From IMG/VR virus record IMGVR_UViG_3300040801_002923, positions 32,001 to 96,000 of that record: a stretch of DNA of 64,000 nucleotides; one strand, 5' to 3'. The notes under the pieces were generated by a model. The model was not told the DNA's origin and made no database searches. It saw only the letters and a program-made list of their open reading frames with translations. Both the position numbers and the translations under genes were made by a program. Of this stretch, positions 48,502 to 58,060 are shown piece after piece. Each line of letters starts with the position of its first letter. Positions within the stretch are counted from its first letter, which is position 1. This stretch comes from a virus.

Positions 48502-48543
48502 GGTGGGTCCGAGCTTGTCTCGGACCCACCTTTCCTTTATACT
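48502..48543 (+). terminator. terminator hairpin overlapping a sigma70-like promoter
   Basis: GGTGGGTCCGAG-5 nt-CTCGGACCCACC-TTT; TTGTCT(48515)-17 nt-TATACT(48538). Confidence 0.7.
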
Positions 48544-48567
48544 AAGCTATTTGCTTAGGAAATAACG

Positions 48568-49266
48568 ATGAGACGAGACGAAATACTCAACCGGCTTATT
48601 TGTAGGCACGTGGCAGGATCCCGTGCCTACGGGACCAGCGGTGAAATGTCTGACTGGGATTATCGTGGTATCTGGGCGTCACCTAGAAAGGCGGTGCTCA
48701 CACCGCTGTTTGGAAATCACCAAACATTCGAAGATGGTCAAGAAGAAGATACGGTGTATTACGAGTTGCGCCACTATGTCAAGCTCGCTGCAAACATGAA
48801 CCCAAACGTTCTCGAAACGCTTTGGATTCCTCTTGAGAAGTTTGACATTGCGGAGACACCCTATATGTTTCTTCGCAACATTCGCGACTCGTTCATGTCG
48901 AAGCAAATCGCAACAACTACCATTGGCTATGCAACAGCTGAGTTCAGTCGAGTTAAGAAGAAACTCGAACGCACCGGTGCAATGAGTCATAAAAATGCAA
49001 TGCATGTTGTACGACTAATGCGTATGGGAATGGAAGCGTTACAAACTGGACAGTACAACGTTGAACGGCCAGACGCCGATGAGTTGCTCCACATTAAAAA
49101 TGGCGGGTGGACTCTCGATGAGTTAGAGGCGTATACTAACGATATGTATGCTAAAATGAAGAAGGTTGAACTCACAACTGATCTTCCTGAATCACCAGAC
49201 CGCGAAGAGATTGCTGAAACGGTTTGGGATATCTATAACCTGACGTGGAGTTTGCATGACGACTAA
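48568..49266 (+). CDS. Pol-beta superfamily nucleotidyltransferase (RlaP/YcgL-like)
   Basis: GSRAYG...SDWDYRGI, NPNVLETLW, KNAMHVVRL, LLHIKNG, LPESPD. Confidence 0.85.
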   Translation: MRRDEILNRLICRHVAGSRAYGTSGEMSDWDYRGIWASPRKAVLTPLFGNHQTFEDGQEEDTVYYELRHYVKLAANMNPNVLETLWIPLEKFDIAETPYMFLRNIRDSFMSKQIATTTIGYATAEFSRVKKKLERTGAMSHKNAMHVVRLMRMGMEALQTGQYNVERPDADELLHIKNGGWTLDELEAYTNDMYAKMKKVELTTDLPESPDREEIAETVWDIYNLTWSLHDD

Positions 49267-49798
49267 GCTCAGCCTTCTGTTCAAACGCAGATCAGAGCAG
49301 TTCAACAAAACAACAAAGGTGATCGAAGGGGCGCTCGAGCCAACACTACGGGCAATTCGCACCCATCTAGCAAACCAACAGGGACAAGACTTCGCAGATG
49401 TAGTAGAATGGATTGGATTTGGAACTGGTGAAAGAACAGATAGTGCTGATGACACGGACTATCTGGTAATCGTAGCAAAAGCTAATTACACCATCGACCA
49501 ACCTTTCCAAGATGCAGATGGTAATTACATCGCAAGCATGAGTCCGACAGATGTAGCACATCTGTCGCAGCCGTTCCAAGTTATCATGCCCATGGCTCTA
49601 GCCGAAGAGGGCGACGAAGCAAAAGTTTTGAAGTTCTTTGAGGACTTGCAGCAGGAACGCAAAGAGATGTCCGAGGCATGGATGGGTGCCTTCGATGACG
49701 AAGCCTTTGACGATGATGATGACGAAGGCATCAACGTCGATGATGAACTAGAGATGCTTGATCACCTTCGTGGACCAACGGAGAAAATCATCCATTGA
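49256..49798 (+). CDS. hypothetical acidic protein
   Basis: Coupled ORF with GGAG SD. Confidence 0.7.
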   Translation: MTTKLSLLFKRRSEQFNKTTKVIEGALEPTLRAIRTHLANQQGQDFADVVEWIGFGTGERTDSADDTDYLVIVAKANYTIDQPFQDADGNYIASMSPTDVAHLSQPFQVIMPMALAEEGDEAKVLKFFEDLQQERKEMSEAWMGAFDDEAFDDDDDEGINVDDELEMLDHLRGPTEKIIH

Positions 49799-50259
49799 GC
49801 GCACTAGATCGCATTGTAGGCAACATCCACCGTCTCCCCGCCGTACTCGAAGAGTATGAGCGGGGCCTTGACCAGGAGACAGTTGAAGCAAACCTTGCGA
49901 TCAAAGGGAAGGTACTCGAAGTAGCCAATACCGAACAAGCGGGTTGGCTACTCTATTACTCCTCACGCAAGGCTGAGCTGTACGCTCTTCTTAAATGGCT
50001 GGAGGGGCAACTGTCCGCCGTTCGAGGCAAGCACTTTCGCGCGTATACCGAACACTATCAGCGCGAGCTATCAGACCGACAAAAGGACAAGTACATCGAC
50101 AATGAGCAAGATGTACAAGTGCAGCTGGAATTGTACCTCACAGTTAAAGAGATGCACGATCGCTATGAAGCTGTAGTTGATGCGTTTCAAGCGAGAGGTT
50201 TCGCACTGCGAAACATCACCGAACTAAGAATAAGAAGTCTTGAAGACTCAGTAATTTAA
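49795..50259 (+). CDS. uvsY: recombination mediator
   Basis: Helical; YTEHYQRELSDRQKDKYIDNE...ARGFALRNITELR; immediately upstream of uvsW. Confidence 0.8.
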   Translation: MSALDRIVGNIHRLPAVLEEYERGLDQETVEANLAIKGKVLEVANTEQAGWLLYYSSRKAELYALLKWLEGQLSAVRGKHFRAYTEHYQRELSDRQKDKYIDNEQDVQVQLELYLTVKEMHDRYEAVVDAFQARGFALRNITELRIRSLEDSVI

Positions 50260-52808
50260 TGGCCCATGTTAAGGTAAAGATCCTAGACGAAGTTAACTGC
50301 GTAATCATCGGTCTCAAAGGCGACCACGCACTATATTTCTGGGAAGAATACGGCAAGCACCCACCCAACCACTTTTTCAACCCGCGATTCAAAACGGGAC
50401 AGTGGGACGGGAAGATCCGCTTTTTCACAAAGGCGGGGAAGACGTACGTCTTTCTGCTACCCGAGATTATTCCACGGCTGACGGGACTGGGGTATAAAGT
50501 CCACATTGACGACCAACGTACAGCTGAAATTCCTGAAGTCCCGCTGATTGACAAGAACTACTTTAAGCACATCTTCCATCCAGACTTCGACGAATACGTC
50601 GAACTGCGCGATCATCAAGTAGAAGCGGTAAACACCATCACACAGGACCCGGGAATTATCATTGCGGGAACCGGTGCTGGTAAGGCACAACCACTGTACA
50701 GCAAGGTTCTCACTACCACAGGGTGGAAACGCATGGGTGATATCGATGTTGGCGAAACACTAGTTAATCCGGCTGGTGGTGTGACCTCTGTGATTGGAGT
50801 GTTCCCGCAGTCGCATCCCAAGCCTGTGTATGAATTGACGTTCCACGACGGTGCAAAAGCTAGAGCGTGTAATGAGCACTTGTGGGATGCATATGTGCCG
50901 AAGCAACAACACAAGGCTTGGACGGAACGTAAAACAATCACCACCCAACAGATTGTTGATTTCTATAGTAGAAAGTCTAGCGAACGCCGCACTCCGGGGA
51001 ATATATCAATTCCACTAACCGAACCAGTTGAATATTGCGAACAGGTGTTGCCTCTTGACCCCTACGTACTGGGCCTGCTGATTGGGGATGGACACTTGTG
51101 TCACACGCCAACTTTCACCACAGCAGACGAAGAACTGTTATCTGCTCTAGAAGAAGGACTTTCATGTTTTTCAAACATCGGTGTGAAATATACTGGACAT
51201 GGATACGATTATCGTCTGTCAAAGCTAAATGAAACACACAATCGCTATGTTTCTAATGAACTATCAGATGTGTTAAAGGATCTCGGTCTGTATGGTACTA
51301 CTAGCCACACAAAGTTCATCCCTGCCACATACATGCAGGGCAGTATTGAACAGCGACTGGCTATGGTGCAGGGGTTGATGGATACTGATGGTACCGCTGA
51401 CCGCCGCGGAAATACATCGTTTAGCACCGCCAGTCCACAACTAGCCAGGGATATGCAGGAAGTTTGTTGGTCGTTGGGCATGACGTGCACAATGACTGAA
51501 AAGATATCTAACATACAGACTGTGTCGTACACTCTACAAATACGATCTAAGACACCACGACAACTCTTCCGCCTTGCGCGAAAGCGAGATCGATGCCGGA
51601 ATACCCACGCCAACGGTCGTATTGAGTTAACTCGCCGCGTGAAAGCTGTTGAATTTGTAGGATATGAAGATACGCAGTGTATAGCTGTCGATAGTGATCA
51701 ACATCTTTACATCACCGATGACTATGTTGTGACGCATAACACGTTGATGTGTGCCGCTTTGTGCGATCTGTACGGTAAGGCTGGCCTCCGCACACTAACG
51801 ATAGTTCCTTCGAAAGACCTCATTGAGCAGACGCACAAGGAATACGTTATATGTGAGCTTGACGCCGGTCGGTACTATGGCGAAAAGAAAGAATTGGGAC
51901 ATCCGCATCTAGTATCGACGTGGCAATCACTCAAGAATAATCCAGGCTTGATGGAATACTTTGATATGATCATCGTAGATGAGTGTCATGGTGCCAAGGG
52001 CCAAATGCTGCAGAGTCTTCTGATTGAACATGGTGCTCACATTGCCTTACGGTTCGGTCTAACGGGTACACTACCCAAAGCGCAGACGGATGCAATGGCT
52101 GTACGGATCTGTATAGGTGATGTGAAATACACGATCACGGCCCGACAATTGATGGATCAAGGGCACCTGGCGCAACTCGACATCCAGATCATGCAGCTGG
52201 AAGAGGACTTCGACGAAGATTATGCTGAGTATAAAGCAGCTAATCCCCTCGCCGTTGAAACCTTAACGCAATACAAGGATGGATATTTTCCTGATTACCA
52301 GGCAGAAAAGCGGTTTCTTCAGCACAATAACGAACGGATCGCCTACATTGCTGATTACATCTCGTTGAAAAGAGACGACAAAAAAGGTAATGTCCTTTGT
52401 CTAGTTGATGGAGTTCGGTTTGGTCAAAAGCTAGCTGATGCAATACCAGAGTCTAAGTTCATTTATGGAAAGGACAAACAAAAGGCTAGACAAGAGATTT
52501 ACGAGTTGTTCAGAGAGAACGATAACTTAGTTGTTATCGCGACAGTCGGAATTGCGTCAACGGGTTTGAGCATTAACCGCATTTACAACATGATGTTCAT
52601 CGACATTGGGAAATCATTCATCCGCGTTATTCAGACGATCGGGCGAGGATTACGAAAAGCGAAGGACAAGGACAGCGTACTGGTCACAGACATATGCTCT
52701 GACTTAAAGTACGGAAAGCGCCATCTAGCGGAGCGAACAAAGTTCTATAGAGAAGCGCAGTACCCATATAAGAAGATCAAGGTAAAATACAGCAATGCTG
52801 ATACTTGA
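50259..52808 (+). CDS. uvsW: UvsW-like SF2 helicase containing an intein
   Basis: GQWDGKIRFF, LRDHQ, GTGAGK|T, DECH, GLTGT, STGLSI, IQTIGRGLR. Confidence 0.93.
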   Translation: MAHVKVKILDEVNCVIIGLKGDHALYFWEEYGKHPPNHFFNPRFKTGQWDGKIRFFTKAGKTYVFLLPEIIPRLTGLGYKVHIDDQRTAEIPEVPLIDKNYFKHIFHPDFDEYVELRDHQVEAVNTITQDPGIIIAGTGAGKAQPLYSKVLTTTGWKRMGDIDVGETLVNPAGGVTSVIGVFPQSHPKPVYELTFHDGAKARACNEHLWDAYVPKQQHKAWTERKTITTQQIVDFYSRKSSERRTPGNISIPLTEPVEYCEQVLPLDPYVLGLLIGDGHLCHTPTFTTADEELLSALEEGLSCFSNIGVKYTGHGYDYRLSKLNETHNRYVSNELSDVLKDLGLYGTTSHTKFIPATYMQGSIEQRLAMVQGLMDTDGTADRRGNTSFSTASPQLARDMQEVCWSLGMTCTMTEKISNIQTVSYTLQIRSKTPRQLFRLARKRDRCRNTHANGRIELTRRVKAVEFVGYEDTQCIAVDSDQHLYITDDYVVTHNTLMCAALCDLYGKAGLRTLTIVPSKDLIEQTHKEYVICELDAGRYYGEKKELGHPHLVSTWQSLKNNPGLMEYFDMIIVDECHGAKGQMLQSLLIEHGAHIALRFGLTGTLPKAQTDAMAVRICIGDVKYTITARQLMDQGHLAQLDIQIMQLEEDFDEDYAEYKAANPLAVETLTQYKDGYFPDYQAEKRFLQHNNERIAYIADYISLKRDDKKGNVLCLVDGVRFGQKLADAIPESKFIYGKDKQKARQEIYELFRENDNLVVIATVGIASTGLSINRIYNMMFIDIGKSFIRVIQTIGRGLRKAKDKDSVLVTDICSDLKYGKRHLAERTKFYREAQYPYKKIKVKYSNADT
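50685..51740 (+). mobile_element. class 3 intein (352 aa) with LAGLIDADG homing endonuclease, inserted in the Walker A motif
   Basis: Starts AQPLYSKVLT, block B CNEHLW, LGLLIGDG and QGLMDTDG, block F TQCIAV, ends VTHN|T. Confidence 0.92.
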
Positions 52809-53289
52809 CGACGAAGAGCGTGTAATCATGCTCGACAGCATCTACAATCCGACTCCAACGGAGTTCATGTGGGTTCTAGATCTCAACATGATGGACTACA
52901 CCTTAGCACCTATAACCAATCTAGAAGAGCACATCTGTTCATGTGTGCAGCTAATGGTCAACGGGTTTCGATTCTATGTGCCTGGCGGGTGGAATGTGTT
53001 GACGGTGTCGGATGATACATCACAACTAGATGTGATTGCAGTGAAGGATCTTGTAGGCAAAGAGTTCATGGCGCTTGTTGTTGGTATGACGAAAAACGGC
53101 GCGCTCAAGCATCAGCCTTCCACGATTGTGGCTACTGATTTTCAAATGGACCACATGCTTGTGACACCACAGTTGGCAAAGCATCAAATGCTGTGTCATA
53201 TGATTGGACCAGCATGCTGGGTCAACGTAGCCCCCTCAGATACGTACAATAAATACTTCAAAGACCTCGTAGTGGGCGACATCATATAA
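52795..53289 (+). CDS. hypothetical protein
   Basis: Overlaps the uvsW stop; 164 aa, beta-rich. Confidence 0.75.
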   Translation: MLILDDEERVIMLDSIYNPTPTEFMWVLDLNMMDYTLAPITNLEEHICSCVQLMVNGFRFYVPGGWNVLTVSDDTSQLDVIAVKDLVGKEFMALVVGMTKNGALKHQPSTIVATDFQMDHMLVTPQLAKHQMLCHMIGPACWVNVAPSDTYNKYFKDLVVGDII

Positions 53290-53303
53290 GAGAGATAACA
53301 TAG

Positions 53304-54047
53304 ATGGCAATCGGCGATTGGGGTATCATTAATTCCATCAAGAGCGCAAGCAACGGACTAGATCCTGACAATTACACGTACACATCTGGTACTTCAGGTG
53401 ACTATATGTGGTACGCCATGCGCGAAAACCTAGCAAAGACGTGGAACGGATCGCAGTGGGTTCACACCCCTGCGCATAAGCTTGATGGACACACCGAACA
53501 GCTATCCGCTGATCATCCTGAAGATCCTCCGTCGGATTTGCCAGGACCATCCGACGAGTACATTTCCGTAGCAGATTTCAAGCGGGCGGTCACCAAGATT
53601 GTGCGCAACAAGGGTGGTGCCTTACCCGACGTTTCAGATTGGAAAGAAATCAAACAGCTAATGGACAAGCTGTATGATATTGAGCTACACGGAAATGTAC
53701 CCCAGCCATCCAAGGTGGATGCCTTGCCTCCCGCTCCGCAGGAAGATGAGGTATGGAAAGACGGGGTATATAATCCCCAGTCTCTTCAAGAAGACTATTA
53801 CTTTGGTGGAACTATTGGAAGTTTGGCTGCCGTCCCTCCCATGACGCATGCAGCGGTGTGTGATTCAATTCAAGTAGGAAACGTAGGATTCGATCCCCGC
53901 GTAGAATCTCTCACTGTTTCTAACATGACGGTGGCAGCACAGGTTGAGGCCAGTCTTGTGGATATTGAGAGTGAAATCTGCGACCGCCTCGCCAAACGGC
54001 TTAGAGCAGAGATAGATCAACGTTGCACCACAGGAGATTGGAAATAA
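53304..54047 (+). CDS. hypothetical protein
   Basis: 247 aa ORF in operon context. Confidence 0.7.
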   Translation: MAIGDWGIINSIKSASNGLDPDNYTYTSGTSGDYMWYAMRENLAKTWNGSQWVHTPAHKLDGHTEQLSADHPEDPPSDLPGPSDEYISVADFKRAVTKIVRNKGGALPDVSDWKEIKQLMDKLYDIELHGNVPQPSKVDALPPAPQEDEVWKDGVYNPQSLQEDYYFGGTIGSLAAVPPMTHAAVCDSIQVGNVGFDPRVESLTVSNMTVAAQVEASLVDIESEICDRLAKRLRAEIDQRCTTGDWK

Positions 54048-54478
54048 TGGCCAGTAAAGTAGAGAAGCTAAAAGCTCTGCTTGAGGCACTAGATCTCATG
54101 CAGGAAGAAGAGGAGTGGACGCCCACACCCAAGCAGTGGAAGCGCATTCGCTCGCTAATTGAGGACCTCGATGAAGAAGCACCAGCACCAGCAGCTGAAG
54201 CACCAGTACGTTTCGTAGGTGCAGATCGAGCAGGATCTGGGGCACGGCCAGCTGGTCGATCGAATCCCTGGGCCGATGGTACCGCTCGTATGCCAGAAGT
54301 ACCATCCGCGATTCCCGAAGGAGCAGAGCGCTTGGCACCAACGGGCACATCTGCACTAGCCCCCCAGGGGTCTGCGCTAAGACCACAGGGAGGTGTTGCC
54401 AACCCAAATCAACCTATCGGAATGTTAGAGGATGGCACACCTGTACACGATTCCCATCCAGGAAGCCCTGGACTGTAA
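54047..54478 (+). CDS. hypothetical protein
   Basis: TAATG coupling, AGGAG SD; PTPKQWKRIR motif. Confidence 0.7.
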   Translation: MASKVEKLKALLEALDLMQEEEEWTPTPKQWKRIRSLIEDLDEEAPAPAAEAPVRFVGADRAGSGARPAGRSNPWADGTARMPEVPSAIPEGAERLAPTGTSALAPQGSALRPQGGVANPNQPIGMLEDGTPVHDSHPGSPGL

Positions 54479-55010
54479 CCTATTCACGGAGCTAAAGGAC
54501 CGTGTCCTGTTTTTCGACGGCGATATGGTTGTTCCCTCATCAGAAGTAACAAAGTTTCTCAAATTAGCCAGCACTGGCAAACTCTGCGTTACCGAAACGA
54601 CGCCAGATATAGAGATGTTTAATTCAGTGTCTGACGTGCCGATCAGGCAGAAAGAAGATGTCACAATACCTGATCTCGCGTGGAATCTTCCTGACCCCTG
54701 GAACAGCCTGGATGTCGAAGCGTACATATATGAGCGCTTCGAAGAAGAGCTGCAGAATGATTCAACTGTGGCTGTAAATGCTAAAGTGTATCTGAAGAGA
54801 GTTGAAGAAGAGATTGAGGCCTATCGGGACCTTAAACTCTACGCGCTGCTCCGGGCAGTCATATATACGGTAAGTACACTTCGTAGCTATAATGTCGTGT
54901 GGGGAGTTGGTAGAGGAAGTAGCGTATCTAGCTACGTATTGTATTTAGTCGGAGTACATGACGTAGATAGCGTTTTCTTCGAACTAGACTACACCGACTT
55001 CCTACGCTAA
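54432..55010 (+). CDS. stand-alone DNA polymerase III alpha (DnaE)-like fragment
   Basis: YLKRVEEE...VWGVGRGSSVSSYVLYLVGVHDVD...FLR matches the DnaE GxGRGS segment. Confidence 0.8.
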   Translation: MAHLYTIPIQEALDCNLFTELKDRVLFFDGDMVVPSSEVTKFLKLASTGKLCVTETTPDIEMFNSVSDVPIRQKEDVTIPDLAWNLPDPWNSLDVEAYIYERFEEELQNDSTVAVNAKVYLKRVEEEIEAYRDLKLYALLRAVIYTVSTLRSYNVVWGVGRGSSVSSYVLYLVGVHDVDSVFFELDYTDFLR

Positions 55011-55023
55011 CAGGGAGAACCGT

Positions 55024-55377
55024 ATGGGTAAGAAAGTAAGATCAATGCGTGGCCAGCTGATCGATTGGGATCTAGCGATGGTCAAGAACGAAATGAAGAA
55101 AAAGCCTGCACCACTTAACGTCACCAACCGTCAAGATTTCATCGATGCAAAACTTCGCCGCCGAGTTAAGAAAGTCCGAGATGATCTAAGCAAGGTTGAG
55201 GCAGCTAAGGTTGAACGAGAAATTGCTTCACCGCCTGTTGAAGAACAACCACTAATCGATGAAGCTGTGGACAAGACTAATGCAGATGCACCTGAGACAG
55301 CAGTGGTTGATGAAGATACCACAGCAACAACTCATCGGACGGTTCGCAGGAAGTCTCAAACCTCCAAACCTAAGTAA
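55024..55377 (+). CDS. hypothetical protein
   Basis: GGGAG SD; N-terminal RSMRGQLID. Confidence 0.75.
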   Translation: MGKKVRSMRGQLIDWDLAMVKNEMKKKPAPLNVTNRQDFIDAKLRRRVKKVRDDLSKVEAAKVEREIASPPVEEQPLIDEAVDKTNADAPETAVVDEDTTATTHRTVRRKSQTSKPK

Positions 55378-55386
55378 GGAACATAC

Positions 55387-55707
55387 ATGGATACAACAGT
55401 TTTTGACGAGATTGAGGTACTAGACGGATTTATCCTTTTCCAATTTGAAGAGGAGATTGATCCGAGTCGCCACAACGCCTTTACGGAGAAGACACAATCA
55501 GGTATCATTCTGCCGTCTAACCCACTTACCGCAGGTCAATATGCTCGGTGGGCTACTGTTGTAGCTGTTGGTCCAAATGTTCCAGAAGACGTAGTGCCTG
55601 GATCAAAAGTCTGCATCGAAGCTCTAAAGTGGACGAAGGTCAGCACATACAAAGGCGAAGAGTTCGCACGAACTGAAGCCAAGTTTATTCTTGCCGTGGG
55701 AGAATAA
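55387..55707 (+). CDS. groES: GroES-like co-chaperonin
   Basis: EKTQSGIILP mobile loop, ATVVAVGP, PGSKV, terminal ILAV. Confidence 0.85.
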   Translation: MDTTVFDEIEVLDGFILFQFEEEIDPSRHNAFTEKTQSGIILPSNPLTAGQYARWATVVAVGPNVPEDVVPGSKVCIEALKWTKVSTYKGEEFARTEAKFILAVGE

Positions 55708-57071
55708 TGCTAGCCGCTGTTCTTGCTTTCCTAACCTCGCTCGCACTGGCCGGTGTTGCTGCATACTTCAGCATCACTGGTCTAATGGCTATTTTTGCCG
55801 CATTGCCTGTTTCCATTGCTGTAATGGCGGGTGTTCTTGAAGTTGGAAAACTGGTTACAGCTAGTGTTTTGTACCGGAACTGGTCAACAATTCCGTGGTC
55901 GTTGAAAACATATCTATCATCAGCTGTTGTCATCCTGATGTTGATTACATCGCTTGGAATCTTCGGATACTTGAGCAAAGCGCACCTTGATCAAAACGCT
56001 CCTGTGTCAACCAACCTCGCTCGCGTCGAGCGCATTGAGGCTCGAATAGAGCAACAAGAGCGTGTGATTGCTGATGCAGACGCCGAAATTGAGATACTTG
56101 ACGGTATCGTTGCCACTTTGATTGAGTACGATAAGATCAGTGGTCCAGATGGGTCTCGCGCTGTCCGTGCTAGCCAACAAGAACAGCGCGATGAGCTCAC
56201 TGATAGAATCGACGCCGCACAAGACCGCATCGAAGAATTGCAGGACGAGAAGTTCGAGTACGAGCAGGAAGTCCGCGATTTTGAAACAGAAGTCGGCCCA
56301 ATTAAGTACATCGCAGCGCTTGCGTACGACAACCCAGCTGACCATTACGATTCGGCTGTTCGTGGAATCATTCTACTGTTAGTGTTTGTGTTCGACCCCC
56401 TAGCTGTGCTTCTGTTGATTACTGCAAACATGCTACAGATGCAGCACCGCAACCCAAATCCCGATGACCCCGATGGTTTGGAAGAATTGTTCGACCCTGC
56501 AGAAGAAGTCGAACATGACCCCGCTCCCCGTAACCTTGTTGAGTTTTATCAGGACCCATCCATTCCGTTCACCTTGACGGAGGATGACCATCCTCCGCCC
56601 CCACCAATGCCCGAGAACACCGAGTGGAAAGAACATGATGTCAACATTGACAACGACTTGGGATCGGTTGAAGATGCATTCTTTAATGCGGAGATTCTAG
56701 ATGAAAACAATGGACCAAAAGCTAGCGCTAGCGAGGAGCCTCAGGAGCTACCGTGGCGGATCCAAGTCCAAGAAGAGTGGGACGAAGAAGAGGAGTCCAT
56801 CGAGACTGCTGTCTCAGAGACATTGGACAGACAAGAACATGCCGGTGAAAAAGAAGAAGTACTCAACAGCGCCGAAAACACGATGCCAGACACCCTCGAC
56901 CGAGAGCGTAGATTCGACCCAAGATCAGTACAGCTACGAGAACGAATCGCGCGCCAGCACGAGGCGCTCGAGAGAGTCGCAGGATCAACCGATCGGAATC
57001 GCGTCGGCGGCACTCGCGTTGTTCCTCCTGTCATAGCAGACGTTACGGAAAACGGTACACGTATTAGTTGA
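55707..57071 (+). CDS. membrane protein with a coiled coil and acidic tail
   Basis: Three N-terminal TM helices (LEVGKLV, ITSLGIFGYLSKAH), coiled coil, EVGPIKYIA, and a further TM (VFVFDPLAVLLL). Confidence 0.8.
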   Translation: MLAAVLAFLTSLALAGVAAYFSITGLMAIFAALPVSIAVMAGVLEVGKLVTASVLYRNWSTIPWSLKTYLSSAVVILMLITSLGIFGYLSKAHLDQNAPVSTNLARVERIEARIEQQERVIADADAEIEILDGIVATLIEYDKISGPDGSRAVRASQQEQRDELTDRIDAAQDRIEELQDEKFEYEQEVRDFETEVGPIKYIAALAYDNPADHYDSAVRGIILLLVFVFDPLAVLLLITANMLQMQHRNPNPDDPDGLEELFDPAEEVEHDPAPRNLVEFYQDPSIPFTLTEDDHPPPPPMPENTEWKEHDVNIDNDLGSVEDAFFNAEILDENNGPKASASEEPQELPWRIQVQEEWDEEEESIETAVSETLDRQEHAGEKEEVLNSAENTMPDTLDRERRFDPRSVQLRERIARQHEALERVAGSTDRNRVGGTRVVPPVIADVTENGTRIS

Positions 57072-57097
57072 CACCCGATACGCTACCCGACTATAAT
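57068..57097 (+). promoter_or_regulatory. consensus sigma70 promoter
   Basis: TTGACA-18 nt-TATAAT. Confidence 0.8.
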
Positions 57098-57127
57098 CAG
57101 CTGATAACAATAAGGAGAAACAGCTGA

Positions 57128-58051
57128 ATGCCGGGTGCTCACGCTCTGTGGGTCGAGAAGTATAGACCCACCACGCTAGACGGATACATCTTCCACGACG
57201 AGTCGCACAAGCGTGCTTTTGTGCGAATGGTTGCAGATCGCAGTATTCCACATCTCCTACTCACAGGAATTCAAGGTGCTGGTAAAACAACGATTGCACG
57301 CATACTGATCAACGAACTCGAAGTAGACGAACTTGATGTTCTATACATCAACGCCTCCGAAGAGAACTCAGTCGACACCATTCGCGACAAGATCAAAAGC
57401 TTCGTCTCCACCTTTGCTCTCGGTGATTTCAAAGTCATTCTACTTGACGAGGCCGACTTCATTACACTGAACGGTCAAGCGATTCTCCGCAACCTAATGG
57501 AAGCGTACAACGAGACTACCCGCTTCATTCTTACGTGCAACTACGAGCACAAGATCATGCCGCAGATTGTATCGCGGTGTCAGCATTTTCGCTTCAAAGC
57601 AGGTAACCGCGACGATATCACTGAGTACGTAGCTCAAATCCTCATACAAGAAGGGGTAAAGTTCGATCTGGATACACTGGACCGTTACATCAGCCTTGCA
57701 TATCCGGACGTCCGTAAGATCGTCAACTCACTTCAGCAGAATGTATACGAGGGCGCTCTTCATGACCCGATTGGTATGGCTGATTCTGGCGACTACAAGC
57801 TAGAGTTGCTGGGGAAGATTGAGGCAGGCGATTGGCACGGCGCGCGCGAAATTTGTTGCGGGGCCGTGGTAGCTGAGGAATGGGAAGACGTATATAGGTT
57901 CATTTACGAAAATGCACACAAGGCGTTTAAGGATCAGGCTAAGTGGGAAGCTGCAATCGTCGTTGTAGCAGAGCACTTGTACAAACATGGTATATGCGCC
58001 GATCCAGAGATCAACGCGGCGGCGATGTTTATTTCGCTGTCGACAATTTAG
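57128..58051 (+). CDS. gp44: clamp loader AAA+ subunit
   Basis: LWVEKYRP, GIQGAGKTT, INAS, LDEAD, FILTCN, SRC, PDVRK. Confidence 0.95.
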   Translation: MPGAHALWVEKYRPTTLDGYIFHDESHKRAFVRMVADRSIPHLLLTGIQGAGKTTIARILINELEVDELDVLYINASEENSVDTIRDKIKSFVSTFALGDFKVILLDEADFITLNGQAILRNLMEAYNETTRFILTCNYEHKIMPQIVSRCQHFRFKAGNRDDITEYVAQILIQEGVKFDLDTLDRYISLAYPDVRKIVNSLQQNVYEGALHDPIGMADSGDYKLELLGKIEAGDWHGAREICCGAVVAEEWEDVYRFIYENAHKAFKDQAKWEAAIVVVAEHLYKHGICADPEINAAAMFISLSTI

Positions 58052-58060
58052 GAGTCTAAA

